A stretch of DNA of 62,811 bases, filler included, from Sphacelaria rigidula (GCA_964200075.2; 10 parts of 10 records of this genome joined end to end with filler, not necessarily neighbours in it); one strand, 5' to 3'. Positions 40,371 to 53,556 are shown, numbered from the whole stretch's first letter. Made by a program: numbers and translations. Notes: generated from the sequence alone by a model not told the origin.

Positions 40371-41399
40371 TTGCGCCGATCCATCGCGCACTGGTACGAT
40401 CATCAAAGAGCACGCCAGGACTAACCCTAACTCTAACCCTAACCATAGGGATGTTCAAATTCCGATGCGGTCGTCTAAGCACGCGGTCCTCTCACGCATT
40501 GCAGGGAGATGAATCTCTCGTGAACCCGGTGAGTTGTTACGTACGATTTTTTCAATATAAATTTAAAGTGGGTGCAGCGTTCGCCGTTATCATGTTATTA
40601 CTGTATATCGTTCGCTGCTATCATTATGACAAAGAGGTATATATCAGATAAACAAGTTTGCGTTTCGAAGCGTTTCGAATAACAATTGAAGTCGTTGGTT
40701 GGGCATAAAACCGTATTAATACACTGTATATTACTACATGCTCTTCCTGCTCACACTCCGGAGGTCGAACAAGTTTCCTTTACACCGAGAATCGAGTTTG
40801 AGTCCTTGCTCGGGATCCCCCCCCCCCCCCCCCACGGCGCCGCACCGAGCGTGAATAAACAAAGCAAAGAGACGCACGTAAACCCACNNNNNNNNNNCTC
40901 CTCCCCCCGCGCGCCAACAAGTTTCCTTCTCCCCAAAAAACGACTTTGGGTCCGTGCCCGGGCCCCCCCCCCCCCCCCCCCCCTTTAATGGTCATATGAC
41001 TATGGCAAGCATGATCACGAGTACACCCCCCCCCCTTTAAACGTTGCTCTTTTAGAACACCGCTTTTCGACACCATTGTGTTTGTTTTTTGCCATGCTGT
41101 GTTGTTCTTTTTTTTAATACTTCGACACAAATTGCATAAAAAAATATAGCGCCGACACTTGATCTCGGGTCTAAGTTTATTACGGGGCACTCGATACCAT
41201 TCCTCACACTCTTCATTTTTTACAATCACACAGTAACGGGCCACTCTCGCTCACGTATTCTTCACCGTCTCCCCGCCGACCCTCCTGCCAAAACCAGCGC
41301 CGAACCTTTCATGCTTCTCGAACAATGATTTTAAACAACAAAACACGAGGATTTGGCTGTTTATTATTCGTCAGCCGTGACGAGCTAAAAAGGACCGCT

Positions 41400-41428
41400 G
41401 CCGGCCGAAGGCCGGCGAGGGACCTTGT
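41400..41428 (+). mobile_element. Helitron-like 3' terminus (hairpin plus CTTGT)
   Basis: GCCGGCC-GAA-GGCCGGC perfect 7-bp stem, 7-nt spacer, CTTGT, then (AT)n. The 5' end was not defined. Confidence 0.45.
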
Positions 41429-42066
41429 ATATATATATATATATATTCAGCCATGTTGATGCCTGCGCACGATCTTCGTCGACAGCAACAGAATTTCTAT
41501 ATGGAACGCGTCAATAGCGGGAGTATACAGCGTGTACCATTCGCTCCGGTCGTTGCACAAGTCTCTCACCTCCTCCGCCTCCTCCACCTTCTCCACCTTG
41601 GCGAGCGGGCTGATAATCGTTCTGAAGGCTCCTCTGCGTGTGTGAACCGTTGCCTCTGCTGACGTCGTCGATTGTCGATGAGATCAAGTCAGTTCCTGTC
41701 CGCATCGAGTAGCGGGTGTCGATATTCATGTGTCAATCATGGCACAACGCGTTGCGGCACCGTAGGACCATACATCTGTTTACGATGCATCATGCGGGGT
41801 TCATCCGAAAGGGATCGATTGGGAACCACAAAAGAAACGGGTAGAACAGGCTGAAGGCAAACGTGCTGCACGATAAATGTGCCATCACATTGTACATTCC
41901 CGTTGAGCGCTATGAAGATGTTACGCCCACACACCTCTTTTCTTTTTCCTTACACAAAGCTCGTCCTGTAACGTCAGATAGATACTTTCGCGAAAGAATC
42001 ACGTATTCACCACGCTCGTTCGTCGTTGCGCCATCGCCCCCGACCCGTACCCCCTCCCTCCCCCGC

Positions 42067-42230
42067 TGTCCTAAAAGGCTCTTGTTTAATGTGTGGAAGA
42101 AGTGTATTGAGCGCCCAAATGTTGGAGATGTCTCTTTTAAAAGTAGAAGCGGTGCTCCATCTCGAAAGGGATGCGTGGTCAATGAGCAAATGGCTGAGGT
42201 GAGCAACAAAATCATTTCTGTCCCCCCTCA
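42067..42230 (+). mobile_element. 3' end of a LINE-like retroelement, subfamily A (longest copy); others at about 3887-3943, 6293-6387, 31457-31520, 44039-44088 (+) and 56453-56520 (-)
   Basis: Shared GGGATGCGTGGTCAATGGTCAAA(C/T)GACTAAGGCAAGCAACAAATGAGTACG-poly(C). Copies share the 3' end and vary at the 5' end. Reads KRLLFNVWKK...RKGCVVNEQMAEVSNK, like an ORF2 C-terminus. Confidence 0.7.
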
Positions 42231-43299
42231 CCCCCCCTACCCCCCGCCGGTCCCCCGCCTGCACCGCAACTCGTCCCATGGAGCTTCACAAGTCAGGTAA
42301 GATAGCGTAGCCTACCTTCAGTGACGTCATTACTTAGGTTATCATCCCCATTGCTGGTTCGGGGTGACAGCTGCAGATCATTCGGGTCTGGAGGAGGCAG
42401 GGCGCCGGTTTCCCTAGCCCACTTGACTTGAGTAGCAACCTGAGGAGTATGACACAGTATAGATGCTGTGAAATCGCGCGAGTAGTACACTGCTGGAGTA
42501 TGACAAGATGGTAGCAGTTGCGCTGATTCTTAAAAGAGACGAAAAAGTACGAGTAGTACTTCCTACTGGAGTGTGACCCAGTGGTAGTGGGCGAAGCGAT
42601 TCTTGAATGATGTAAGAAAGAGCAATTAGTTCAATGCTAGAGTGTAAGGCAGAGGTTGGTTGCTGCACGGATTCCGACGATGTGTAAATACTAAACTGGA
42701 ATATGACAACAAAGTAGTGGTTGTACCGGATGTGAAGAGATAAAAACGGCAACGTGCTTCTACCTGCCGGGTCTTTCCGCATGACGCAACGGGTATAATT
42801 GCTGCAGTAGAACTCATTTGCACGGATAATTCAAGTGAAGGGGTTTTCAATCGTTCACTTGAACCCCAGACGGTTTTCCTTTTTCTATTTGGTGAGATAC
42901 AATGTTCATGCGAATCGTCTTGCGGTAAAGATTCTGATATTTTCCCTCTGGAAATAGAACGGGGCAACTCGAGGTCAAATGAGAGGTATTTCAAGATATC
43001 AAACACGCCTTCAACCTCGTCCGTTCGACACATTCGGGATCTATATTGCAGAGTGGGACATACTAGCTATCTGTGCACACGACGAAACAAAACGTTCACC
43101 ACGGGATATGACGCTCAAAATATATCATTCTTAGGGGTGTAATCATGTTGGTAGTTTGAGTTCAATGTTTTCTCTCTGTGCCTTGCTTGATGCTTGACGT
43201 TGTCACGCCAATCTTCTTGTCTGCTAGTCGACACCGAGCGTCAAACATTCGACATTGGCAGTGAACAAACGTATATCAGCGACACAACAACACGAACGC

Positions 43300-43330
43300 C
43301 ATCATCAACAGCAGCAGCATCAACAGCAGC

Positions 43331-43370
<40 letters not shown>

Positions 43371-43392
43371 GCGGCGGCGGCAACAGCAACAA
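43300..43392. repeat. (CAA/CAG)n microsatellite
   Basis: Direct reading. Confidence 0.92.
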
Positions 43393-43454
43393 ACATCGGG
43401 GAGCCTTGCATTACCGTGTCACCTCTACCTGGAATATCATATTCATCGTGGGCA

Positions 43455-43812
43455 TCATATCCATCTGGGATACCCATTGCAACATCAGATCTATCTGAAA
43501 CGTCCATCTGGGATGTCAACGTCCATTTCGGATCACCGTTTGGTATATGGCCATCCATCTGAGAGATCAATCTGGGATATGGACGTCCATCTTGGATGTC
43601 AACGTCCATCTGCGATCACCGTTTGGTACAGGGCCATCCATCTAAGAGATCAATTTGGGATATGGACATCTATCTGGGATGCCAACTTTGAATGTCCATC
43701 TGGGATATGGGCATTCATCTCGGATGTCCATCTGCAATCTGGTATATCCACATCCCAGATGGACGTCTACATCTCAGATGGATATCTCAGATGGATATCC
43801 ATATTCCAGAGC
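43455..43812. repeat. CCATCTGGGAT/GATGGAC-type degenerate satellite
   Basis: Many ATCT(G/C)GGAT and GTCCATCT units; the orientation inverts near the right end. Confidence 0.8.
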
Positions 43813-44392
43813 GATACGTTGGGTTTTTTCTTCGTAATGTATAATTTCCCCCGTGGAAAGCGTGAGAACGTGAGTAAACAAAATAGTCGACTGGGTTTGT
43901 GTGACGTGAGTTGACGCGGTGCAGGAGGGGTGACCCAANNNNNNNNNNNNNNNNNNNNNNNNNNNNNNNNNNNNNNNNNNNNTTAATTAATTAANNNNNN
44001 NNNNNNNNNNNNNNNNNNNNNNNNNNNNNNNNNNNNNNGGTCAATGGTCAAATGACTAAGGCAAGCAACAAATGAGTACGCCCCCCCCTCTCGTAGGACG
44101 ACTCCTCTCTACTGCTTTGCCACAGGGGGGGAAGCAGCATACAAACCGCGTACCCCTCCTGATACGTGGGTGAAAAAATAAAGTTCGAATGAGATACAAA
44201 AAGAAAAGAAAGAAAATAAAAGAGAAAATGAGAGAGAAAAAAATGAAATTGAATGAAGAAGATAAACAGAAGGAAACGAACTCCACTGAAAAAAACTATC
44301 ATCGAAAAAAGAGAAAATATGTGAAGAGAAGTTGAAATAAATGCAGTGAATATAACAAAGAGTGAAAATACATGGGCTAATAAAGAAAAACC

Positions 44393-44510
44393 AAGGCTCA
44401 CTTCGGTATGGCTTTTTGATGTCAGTGACGTTCATCACGGTATCCAGCCATATCACGGTAATGCCAGGAAAAATTGTCTGGTAACTGATCACCCTCGTAT
44501 TCATCAGTGA
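44393..44510 (+). repeat. Dispersed repeat, homolog at about 25893-26012
   Basis: Shared AAGGC.CACT...TATG.CTTTTTGA...GACGTTCA.CACGGT...ATCACGGTAATGC...CACCCT.GTA.TCATC.GT, each preceded by an A-rich tract. Confidence 0.65.
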
Positions 44511-45544
44511 AGGAATCAGTCACCCTGAGGACATTATTATCTTTGAAAATATGTCTAGTACTGTATCCGATACTGTATCATTTGGAACACCATACACATA
44601 ACGCCCGTCAACCTTTTGATCGTGACGGTAAGTCACCTCCTGAATCGGCATCTGTATTCACTTGGAAAAAGTATGCGTTATCCAGATTGAACACCCGCAC
44701 CGCGGTATAAGGGTTAAGAGGGTCTCGAAAATGAGGTTGAAATCTGATGTGAGGTTCAACTCCACAACAGCGTTTCCCCTGACCTTGAATCTTGACCGAT
44801 GACTTCGACACCGACGATCTCATGCCACCCTACCTCTCCATCTCTTTTGGGGAGAGGTTCCCGTCTACCGTTCCCTCAAAGGTTATGTGCGAAAGCACCT
44901 TTTTGCATAGATTTCAGGGTAGAAAGAGGGTCGCTTTCTAGCCTGAAGAGAGTGCTTTCGTACATACCCTTTTCGGGGGAACGGAAAGTGAGAACCTCCA
45001 AACACAGCTTTATGGAGGTCGGGGGCCATCAGGTCAGCAATGCCAATGTCATTTGTCATGACTTTAGGTCCGGGGATGCACTGTATTGGATTCGAGCCTC
45101 ATTGAAACGTTTTTCAACCTCATTTTCGATGAGACTCTTCTTTGTAGGCCAATCATTAGTTCCTACCGTTACTACTGATATTCAAGAGCTTAAATGGAAG
45201 TTGCGGTTGTTTTTTTGTAACGTTTGTCGAAGGCTGCCGCAGAGGACGATCTTCGTTGGAATCGTCTCCAACCACGACCATCGAATAAACCCAAGTCAAC
45301 CCACAGCAGCATGCAGAGCTCCCAACAAGTAGGTATTTAGCACGTTTTGAGGGGTAGTGTGCGTTGTACACACGATTTCAGAGGGGAGATGCAGAAGGAA
45401 AAAAAGGTGAACATGAAAACAAAACGGCCCTCCGGGGGCGGGGGATGGGGACGGTACGTGAGTGCGCGTTCTTGTTTTCGTGCACCCCTGACGCCGATAG
45501 GGTACCAAGTGACACCGAGTGAGGGCTCGTTATGAAACGATTAA

Positions 45545-45930
45545 AGTGAAATCGGCATTTATCTTCGTTGTTTTTGAAGGATACACGTGCGCTTCTCAGG
45601 CCTCATCTGCCGCAGAGAACTCAACAAGATTGTACTGTTTGGTTATTCGTTGTCCGGGCCTGCTGTGAGCTTCACTTCCCTTCGTTACGTTGCCGCAGCC
45701 CAGGACAGTAGTAGTGAGAGGAGACCTGAAAAAAAACGCGCAGTCAGCATCGAGGGTTCATATTTATCTGTACCGCAAGAAGATTCGCCGAGCCCTACGC
45801 AGCCAGGTTGCACCATGCTTTTCATGTCTGTATAGCACCGATTAACGCGAGCCATCCAGAATAACAGTACGACCGCTTACAAAAAAAGAGCCAGCAGCGT
45901 TGATGCCGCCACAGTCCTTTTCTCGGGTTA
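45545..45930. repeat. Dispersed repeat, inverted homolog at about 50845-51420
   Basis: Shared blocks CAACAAGATTG.ACTGTT.GGTTATT.GT.GTCCGGGCCTG, GCCCAGGACAG, CGCGAG.CATCCAGAA and GCCAGCAGC.TTGATGC. Confidence 0.72.
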
Positions 45931-48900
45931 TGTATTATACTTTCAGCACTATAAGCTGGAACGCCTCGGCTGCCACGCCTCCTTTCGGGACGACATTATT
46001 ACGGAATCTTTCTGGTGCCGAACCCGGCGCAACGCTTACGTGAGTTCAACATAAATGGTACCCTGCAAACGATAGCACGGGCGATGTTGCCATGTACTAC
46101 GGCAGCTTTCATGGGGTGCTGAGGTTCCCACAATGATCACAATGATACTGTTCCCAAAAGAGGCGTGGCAGCCAAGGCAGCGCTACGTGAATTGCATAAA
46201 GTACAACGCACCTGGTGGGAGTGTGGGACTCGTACATGCGGATGACGCAGAACCATCACGTAACGTCACACTGCGTAGACCTTGAGATATTTCATCATCC
46301 CACCAATCCTTTCCACGTGGCCAAACCGCCGCCACTTTTCCCCTGGGGAATATTCTTGGGAGCGTTCTGTATTTAATCTGGTGCTATTGGCACACGAACG
46401 TTTTTTGTCACGCTCTATCGATACACGACGTATCTCTTCTTTCACCGTCTACCCCCCATCCCCCCCCTCCTCGAGTACGCCCCCCCCCCCCTCCTCAGTA
46501 AAGCCTGGTCCGGCGAGAATCCGGCGTGCTCTGTCCCGGCTTTGTAGGAGCGGACCACCGATGGGGTTGGTATCAATTGGCGATAGCGCTAAAAAACACG
46601 TCACTCAGTGCGTAAGCTGTGCAACAAGGTTACCGACTTTGTTTCGCGCGGTAGTAGCCCGTGGTCTCAAGGGATGAACCCATCTCCCGCCACGTCTTCA
46701 TGTTTTCGACGTCGGAATCACATTTTGAGGAAAAACACGCATCTGGCGGAAATCGAAGACGCCTTCTCCGCACCGTGATGGCGACAATCTGACCACTAAA
46801 CCGCGTTCTGTCCTTTACTTAAGCCAGTATATTATCGGCGCACGGATGTTTCCGTCGCATGAACACGATCAGGTACATGAGCTGTCGGAGCACACGCACG
46901 GCGATCTTTCGTCGCAGAGATATGTTTAGTTGGCCTACGTATGTTGCCGCGGATCTTGCGGTGTTCGGTGGAAGCTGTTTCAGCTTCCAGGCCGGCCGCG
47001 CTCGTATGCTGTCTGCATTTACTGTGATACCGTCTGCGCTCTTTGCTGCGCTCTACTGAAGCCGTGCTTGTACAAACAAGCTCGTGGCTGAACCAGAACA
47101 TTAGCACGGGGTGGCGGGGCAAATGTGACGTGGGCCTGCGTTGAATACCCCTGTCCATTTCGGGCTTGGCAAGACGCGTTCATTTGTGTCCAGCCTCATG
47201 ACAAGATGGTGCGCCTGCGATTGGTATAGATGCCAAAAACTGAACATACGAATTATTGCGGGGGGCTTAGAGGGAGGGTACTCATGATTATGCATGCCAC
47301 AGTCATGAGACAATTTACCTCGAGGGGGAGGGGGGGGGCTCTTCACGAAAGTGATGCAGTTGATAGCCGTGGTGAAACCTTTGAAACTCAACTTGGTTCA
47401 TATGCTGAGATTATGGTACTGGACTCGCGGAAAGGATGTACACTGTATTCGATGATAGTCGTACAACCTCACCACGAGTGATAAACCCCTGAGGGATCAA
47501 ACTTGAAAAAACCACTTAGGTGGCCGAGTGTTTGAGTTGCCCGATGACCACGCCGCACGTTTGAAAAAGGTAATAATAGGGGAAAAACACTTCGCCCAAC
47601 AAGGTACCCATTGTAATGCGTGGAAGGAGTGCGTGCTTTTTGGATCCATCGCAGTGTAAACACCCCTAGGGTTAGGGTGAGGGTGAGGAGTGGAGTAAGG
47701 GTCACGGCTGCGGTCCCTGCAGGGACTGGCCCGAGCGACCTCGAGAACAGGTCGGTCCCGGGGTGTTTTGAACTCCGACGCGGTCTTCCCACGTACTACA
47801 CCCACGTTCGTTGCATCACTCCGGCGGCTGATGCGGTTGCGTGCAGAGACCTTCATGCTGCCTTGTCTTCGACGCTCTTCGATACGTCAAGATTTTCATT
47901 ACTGTGTAGCGAAGATCGTCCGAAACTCCGGGGTATCTAGAGTATCACAATCGATCGCAAGACCGCCCGTGAGGGTTAAAAAACCGCTCAAACTACTATT
48001 CTTTGCCATGTTCGACAATTGTATCATCATGAGCGTCCTCTTTCTAAATCAAGGGCGTACACCGGCGTTCGCGGCGAAGAAAGTCGCCAGGAATCTTCGA
48101 TATGCATGCACTGTTGATCATGTGCACGTATTTTTTCCAAAGCGCACCCATCCTTCATTTTCATTGCACCACTCAAAATCGCACAAGCTTGTCCCACCAC
48201 GAGAGGCTAAAAAAGTGTCTGCGGCAATTTCTCGCTCAAACTATGAGGGTTCGGCCCTGATATTTCGAGGGAGCGTCCAAAGCGATCATTCAAAAGTCAT
48301 CACCACTCATGCTCCCTCTTAGGAGGGTTGGGGTGGGGTGGGGGGGTAGAAGGGGCATTATATCGGTTTCGTTTTAGCCCAAGATAGACACATTTCCCGG
48401 AATCATTAAAAGACAGAAATTACTAGTGATGGTCTTTAGCAAATCGAGTTGCACCTCGTGAAGTTGAGGGCCCGAAGTCTCAAAACTGGAAGGAAATATC
48501 CAGCTCCAGTGACTTAGGTACGTTGTAGAACATGAGCCCTACTTGTCGCTATGACGGGAGAATCCCCAAACGTTTCTGCTTCTTACTTTTTTCTTCGGAG
48601 AAACAACCTGAACCCCTGCCTTCTGACATTCGTTGAGCTGCTCCCTTTTTATCTTGATTCCTTGATTCGCGGACACCGAACAAGGCGAGTTGGAAGTTGT
48701 GGCCGATTTTGAGGCAGGCAAAATTGTCTCAATATCTTGATCAACGCCCTCCGCCCCGGTTATTTTTGCAACATTCTTGCCAAATGCTCTGAAGCAGCCT
48801 TCAAAAACCGCAGATGGCGCTCGCATATTCAATGCCCTGCGTGTTAGAAATGAGGGGGCCGAACTCGTGAAACCTGAATGACAAATCGCAGTTTGATCTC

Positions 48901-49450
48901 AAGATGAACGACCTGAAAGTTTGTGGTAGAATGTTCGGCAGGCACGGTGCTCCTAATAACCTGGACAAAAGCATCCTCTCACCCTTCAAACACAAAAAAT
49001 TGTAACGTTTTTACATACAATGCGCCGTCCCGTTCAAAATGTATCGATCCTTACTTCACAAACCCAAGATACGAGTATGAATTTGTGTCACGTAGGGCTA
49101 CTCGGAATTTGCAGCCGACATTTCGGCAAGCAAAGTATTACCAACATGATGGGAAAAAAAAAATCGAAATAACGCTCATGATGGCGTTAATATATCCAAT
49201 GCGTTGTCCTCTTCGAAATGTGAGGTATAAAATCGGAGGCAAACGAGCGAGAAATTTAACTTGATTGACAGTCCAATTTTCGGTAACGAGGAGAGACCTT
49301 GAGGGTAGACGCTTGCAAGCGCGTTGGTCGAAATTGGCCAAAACGTGCCGAGCGCAAAAATATCGAGACGCTCCGCCCTACTGTCCTTCTTTGTATGAGA
49401 CGTCATTCCAATATGAATGTCAAGACTGTCAGATGTCAAGTGGAAATCAA

Positions 49451-50165
49451 CCCTCAGACAGCAAGCGTTCCCTCGCAACAGTTTTACAGGCTGACAGTCC
49501 GGAGGGGGATTTCAGTGGCCGGGGGCGGGGCGTGGGGGAGGGGCTCTGTCTGCGGAGCAGCCGCAAAGCTCACCAAGTCAACAATGTGTCTGTGGAAGTT
49601 TCTCGCGGAAGATCCTAAGCCAGAAGCGAGGCCCGACAGGCGCGAAATGGTCATTCTGACCAATCACGGTCGCCAAAATGAGCACGTAGCTCCCTCTACA
49701 GGTGGACTACTTCGCTTTCTACTGACATATTTCATTTGGGTCAAGGTAATTCAACTAGAGATTACACGGTTACAAATAACTCGTTTCATATTCTGCTCGA
49801 GGTCTGTCCCGCCTGTCTGGCGCCTCATGTGTTGCCAGCATAGCTTCACACTGTCTGTAGTGTTGTTGTTTAACACTAAGCAGACGGCATCAGCAGCATG
49901 CAGTAAATTGTGCCCAGTCTGGAGCAATGGCGCACTTATGCTGTCTCTCGCCGGTGTATCCAGCGAAGACAAACAGCACACATGCATGCTGACTCTGCGC
50001 GCAATTGACTGCAGGGTCAACTCTGGCCAGGAGTTCCCGGGGACTATTTCCTGAATAGATGCCAAATATTCACGTGTTCATGGAAAAGGCGTTTTGTGTC
50101 GCAAGAAACGAGCTAATCTGAATCCCAAATGTGGCATAGTTCAACATAGTTCACCTGCGGGGGGA
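49451..50165. mobile_element. Second, inverted copy of the piggyBac-like element, lacking the 36160-36500 insert
   Basis: Starts TCAA|CCCTCAGACAGCAAGCG; shares CATTCTGACCAATCACGG, TGCTCGAGGTC and CCCAAATGTGGCATAGT blocks (reverse complement); ends where a LINE-like 3' end begins. Confidence 0.75.
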
Positions 50166-51486
50166 GGGGGGGTGTACTCATGATCATGCATGCCATAGTC
50201 ATGCGACCATTGACCTCGCATCCCTACAANNNNNNNNNNNNNNNNNNNNNNNNNNNNNNNNNNNNNNNNNNNNTTAATTAATTAANNNNNNNNNNNNNNN
50301 NNNNNNNNNNNNNNNNNNNNNNNNNNNNNGCCGAAAAGACCCTCCCCACGCCGTACCGACAAGACTGGTCATGGCCTTCGTCGGAGGACGGGGAACGGAG
50401 GTTTTACAGGTACGGGTTTATTTTCATAGTACAAACACTTATTTCAAGTATTTTTACTTTAATAATTGTCCTGTCCCTCTACGTTTTAGAGTACATTTCA
50501 TAGTACAAACTTGATTTTAGTATAGGTTCCGTTACACATGGTTTTGCCGGTCTTCTGGTGCTCGCAGCCGCGGTGCAGCACCGTGCGGAGGTGGGGTGAT
50601 ATCCAAGACTAAGGCAGTCTCACAAGCGGCGCTCTGTCTATTGGTTTTCCGGGTAGTGTACCCAACGTGCGCTATGAGTGTCGCCATGCCCGCGGTATGG
50701 TTGCGGTGGCCTGGGTTGATGTTGCAGTCACCATTATTTGCGCTTAGGTTGCTACTGCATCTGCACGGCCTTGGATACGGCGGACGATTCAAGATGGCTC
50801 CATCGTCGTCGTTGTGGGATGTTTCATGTTACTCGGACGGAACATAAACCGAGAAAAAGACTCCACACGCATCAATGCTGCTGGCCCCCTTTTGTGGGCT
50901 GTCGTGTTGTTGTTCTGGATGACTCGCGTTGATCGATGCCGTATAGACATGCATGGCAATCAAGCACGGTGCCAACTGGCTGGCCAGCGCTGGCGGATCT
51001 TCTTGCGATACAGATACAGTCGGTATCGCGACAGAAATTTGTTGCGGTACAACGCTGGAGACAACCAAGCGCTCTACACACAGGACATCAGACAGCCAAC
51101 GCAATAATGTATCTCTCTCGTGTATACGATTCCGTGTGCTAGAATGCCGCTTCCTTTCGAAGGTGTACGCTTCGCTTACTTTGACATGGTGCCATCTTGG
51201 TGTGTATCAGAATATTATCGATGCTGGCTGCACTTCTTTTTCTTCCCAGCTCTCCTCCTCCTGCTGTCCTGGGCTATAGCAAGCCAACGGAGGAAATTGA
51301 AGTCCAGAACAGGCCCGGACGACAAATAACCGAACAGTGCAATCTTGTTGACCTCTCTGTGGCAATTAGGGTTTGAGTAACGCACGTGTCCAGCGATAAT
51401 CCCGACAAGAATGATGGAAAACAACGAAAAAATCGATGATTTCAGTTTAACTATTTCATAGCGACCCGTACCTATGAACTCAGTGC

Positions 51487-51620
51487 CGACGAGACAGCGA
51501 TGATGAACAGCTTGGTGGGGAATGCGGAGCTTGTGCGCAAGCTGTTGCGATAAGCGCATGAGTCGGACGAGACAGCGATGATGAACAGCTTGGTGGGGAG
51601 TGCGGAGCTTGTGCGCAAGT
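51487..51620. repeat. Tandem duplication of a 52-nt unit just downstream of the transposase-like exons
   Basis: GACGAGACAGCGATGATGAACAGCTTGGTGGG.A.TGCGGAGCTTGTGCGCAAG twice. Confidence 0.85.
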
Positions 51621-51792
51621 GGCCCGGTAAGACCCGTGAGAGAACATTGAACGTAGCGGTCAAGGATACGAACCAACGATGGCGTTGCTCGAAGCAATAC
51701 AGATAGTTCCTTTGACCTTTACATGTGTTCGGCATCCGACATTGCTTCATTACTACTGTACTGTACTGTGCAGACGAGGCGCCCTCGCTTAC

Positions 51793-53280
51793 CTTCTTGC
51801 TTCTCATACACAAATATGTAACCTCTCTGTGAGGCATGTGTTGGCCGCTAGTGTAGGCGATGTGATCGAGAAACGCCACAATGCCCTCGTATCGGTTGCC
51901 TGGGTACACCCCGTCAGTCGTCCTGTTGCAGCACGCTATAATGCAGAAGAAGGGGGGTTGGGGCAGACGGGGGTGAGGGAGAAGCGGCGGGATGCTGTCC
52001 TTGGCACCGCGATGCGGGGATGCGGGTTGGATGTCGGTGCAATATGTTGAACTCATGTCAAACGTGAGTTGAACATGAGCTCAACTCACGCTACAATAAC
52101 AGTGCGCCCAAGATATTACACTGAGTCTTGCGTATGCCGCAGTAGTTGCGTATTTCTGTGCGTGCCTGCATGCAGCCATCATAAATGGGACGACGTGCTT
52201 CCAGCTTACTGGAAACCGCCCCCTTGTCTGCTGCTAGAAATGAGCATCGCGCCGCAAAATAGGCATATCTAACTTAAAATATAAGTCACGACCCCAGCTA
52301 ATGGGCAATAATTAAATACACTCCGATCATGGGCTACGGTAACCGCCTCCGTGCTCGGTGCAGATCTCATAGAACTCGGACAGACATGGTACGGCATACC
52401 TGTTCATTACCGCCGGAGAGCGTGGATTCCTCTTTGCTGATTCGATGGTATTGTGCGACAGGCCAACAGCCATCCTGAAGAACGCGTTGAACACCATATG
52501 TTTCCCCGCCAGCATAGATCCACCGTTTTGGGGAAATTTTACTAGCGGCACCTGCAGGTGCACCCAATCGAGCCGAGCTCGGCATGACCTCAGCTTGGCA
52601 AAATCGCTTTGCTCCGCACGCAGCACGACGACATCATGGGCGCTGCGCGCAAAAGCGTCAACACACCTAAGAGTTGTGCAGCACTGAAAGGACCTCTGTA
52701 CCATATCCGACACATCCGTAGTCGCCGGCCATTTTGTGCGCTTTGAAACGCAAGGGATGGATCGGCTCCCTGATTGTCGGCCTTGACTGCCCAGATGTAG
52801 GGTGCTGTTGCACGAGCCGCCTGGAGACTGGGCTGCGGTGTTTGGGCTGATGGGCTGGAGGGGATGTGGGCTCAATCCGGTGGGAGTGCGGACGTCACCA
52901 CCTCCAGGTGGGGGTATGTTCGGCCGTGGACGTCCACGTTGGGCGGTCACCACCTGGCTTTCCACGTACGCGCTCATCTCGCGGGACTGCGAGGGGAGAG
53001 TTACCCGCTGTGAGCGGATAGGGGGTAGTTTACAAACTGATTCTTGCTCTGGACTTGTATCGTCCCCAACGTACCGAAGGCTGCCGGCGGCGTTTCTCGT
53101 ATGGCTTTTACCAACGGTGGGATAAGCCTTCTGAATCTCCGCCGAATGTTTGCTCATGGTGGATGGTATGGCATCATTCCAATCGACGGTTCTTGTGATC
53201 GCATACAGTCGCATCGCGCTAACTTTCTGATGTGAGTTTTCAATTCCGCTTTCGTGTTCTGATTTATACTGCTCGCACAT
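51793..53280 (-). CDS. Spliced gene resembling the N-terminal region of Sola/DUF7869-type DNA transposases (exons about 53280-52400 and 51922-51793); truncated
   Basis: Longest ORF in the window (317 aa). Donor AACAG|GTATGC joins in phase to acceptor CAACAG|G, then AAG|GTAAGC. Pattern CC.TLRCVDAF...AGKHMVFNAFFRMAVGLS...IVAFLDHIAYTSGQHMPHREVTYL resembles the CC..C..F / G..VC..F....G+S / G+.MPH....+L series recalled for that family. No catalytic domain seen. Confidence 0.5.
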
Positions 53281-53556
53281 TCCTCCGTCCCCGAACGGCT
53301 CTGTACACGCATCCGCGGGTAATTACCGCGCAAAAAAGAACGTTGCGAAGGCGCGTTCTACACAGCAGCGATGTGAACGAACGGTTGGCCATATAAACTT
53401 CTCTTCACATATGAAATAATCGTGCGTGCACACTACAATCAGTTTACCCGTAGCGATATGCCACTGGCACTCGGCACCAATTAGGGAGGAAAATACGCGT
53501 TGTCCGCAGTACGAATTGGAGCACTACTGACAGAGCTGCATCTTCCGACGGCTGCA

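Noticed and set aside
43194..43914. 219-aa poly-Q ORF and overlapping ORFs
   Set aside because: Open frames arise from a (CAA)n microsatellite plus satellite sequence.
49299..50054. 251-aa ORF as a piggyBac transposase
   Set aside because: Begins outside the TIR, has no recognisable DDD motifs, and the frame is interrupted in the sister copy.
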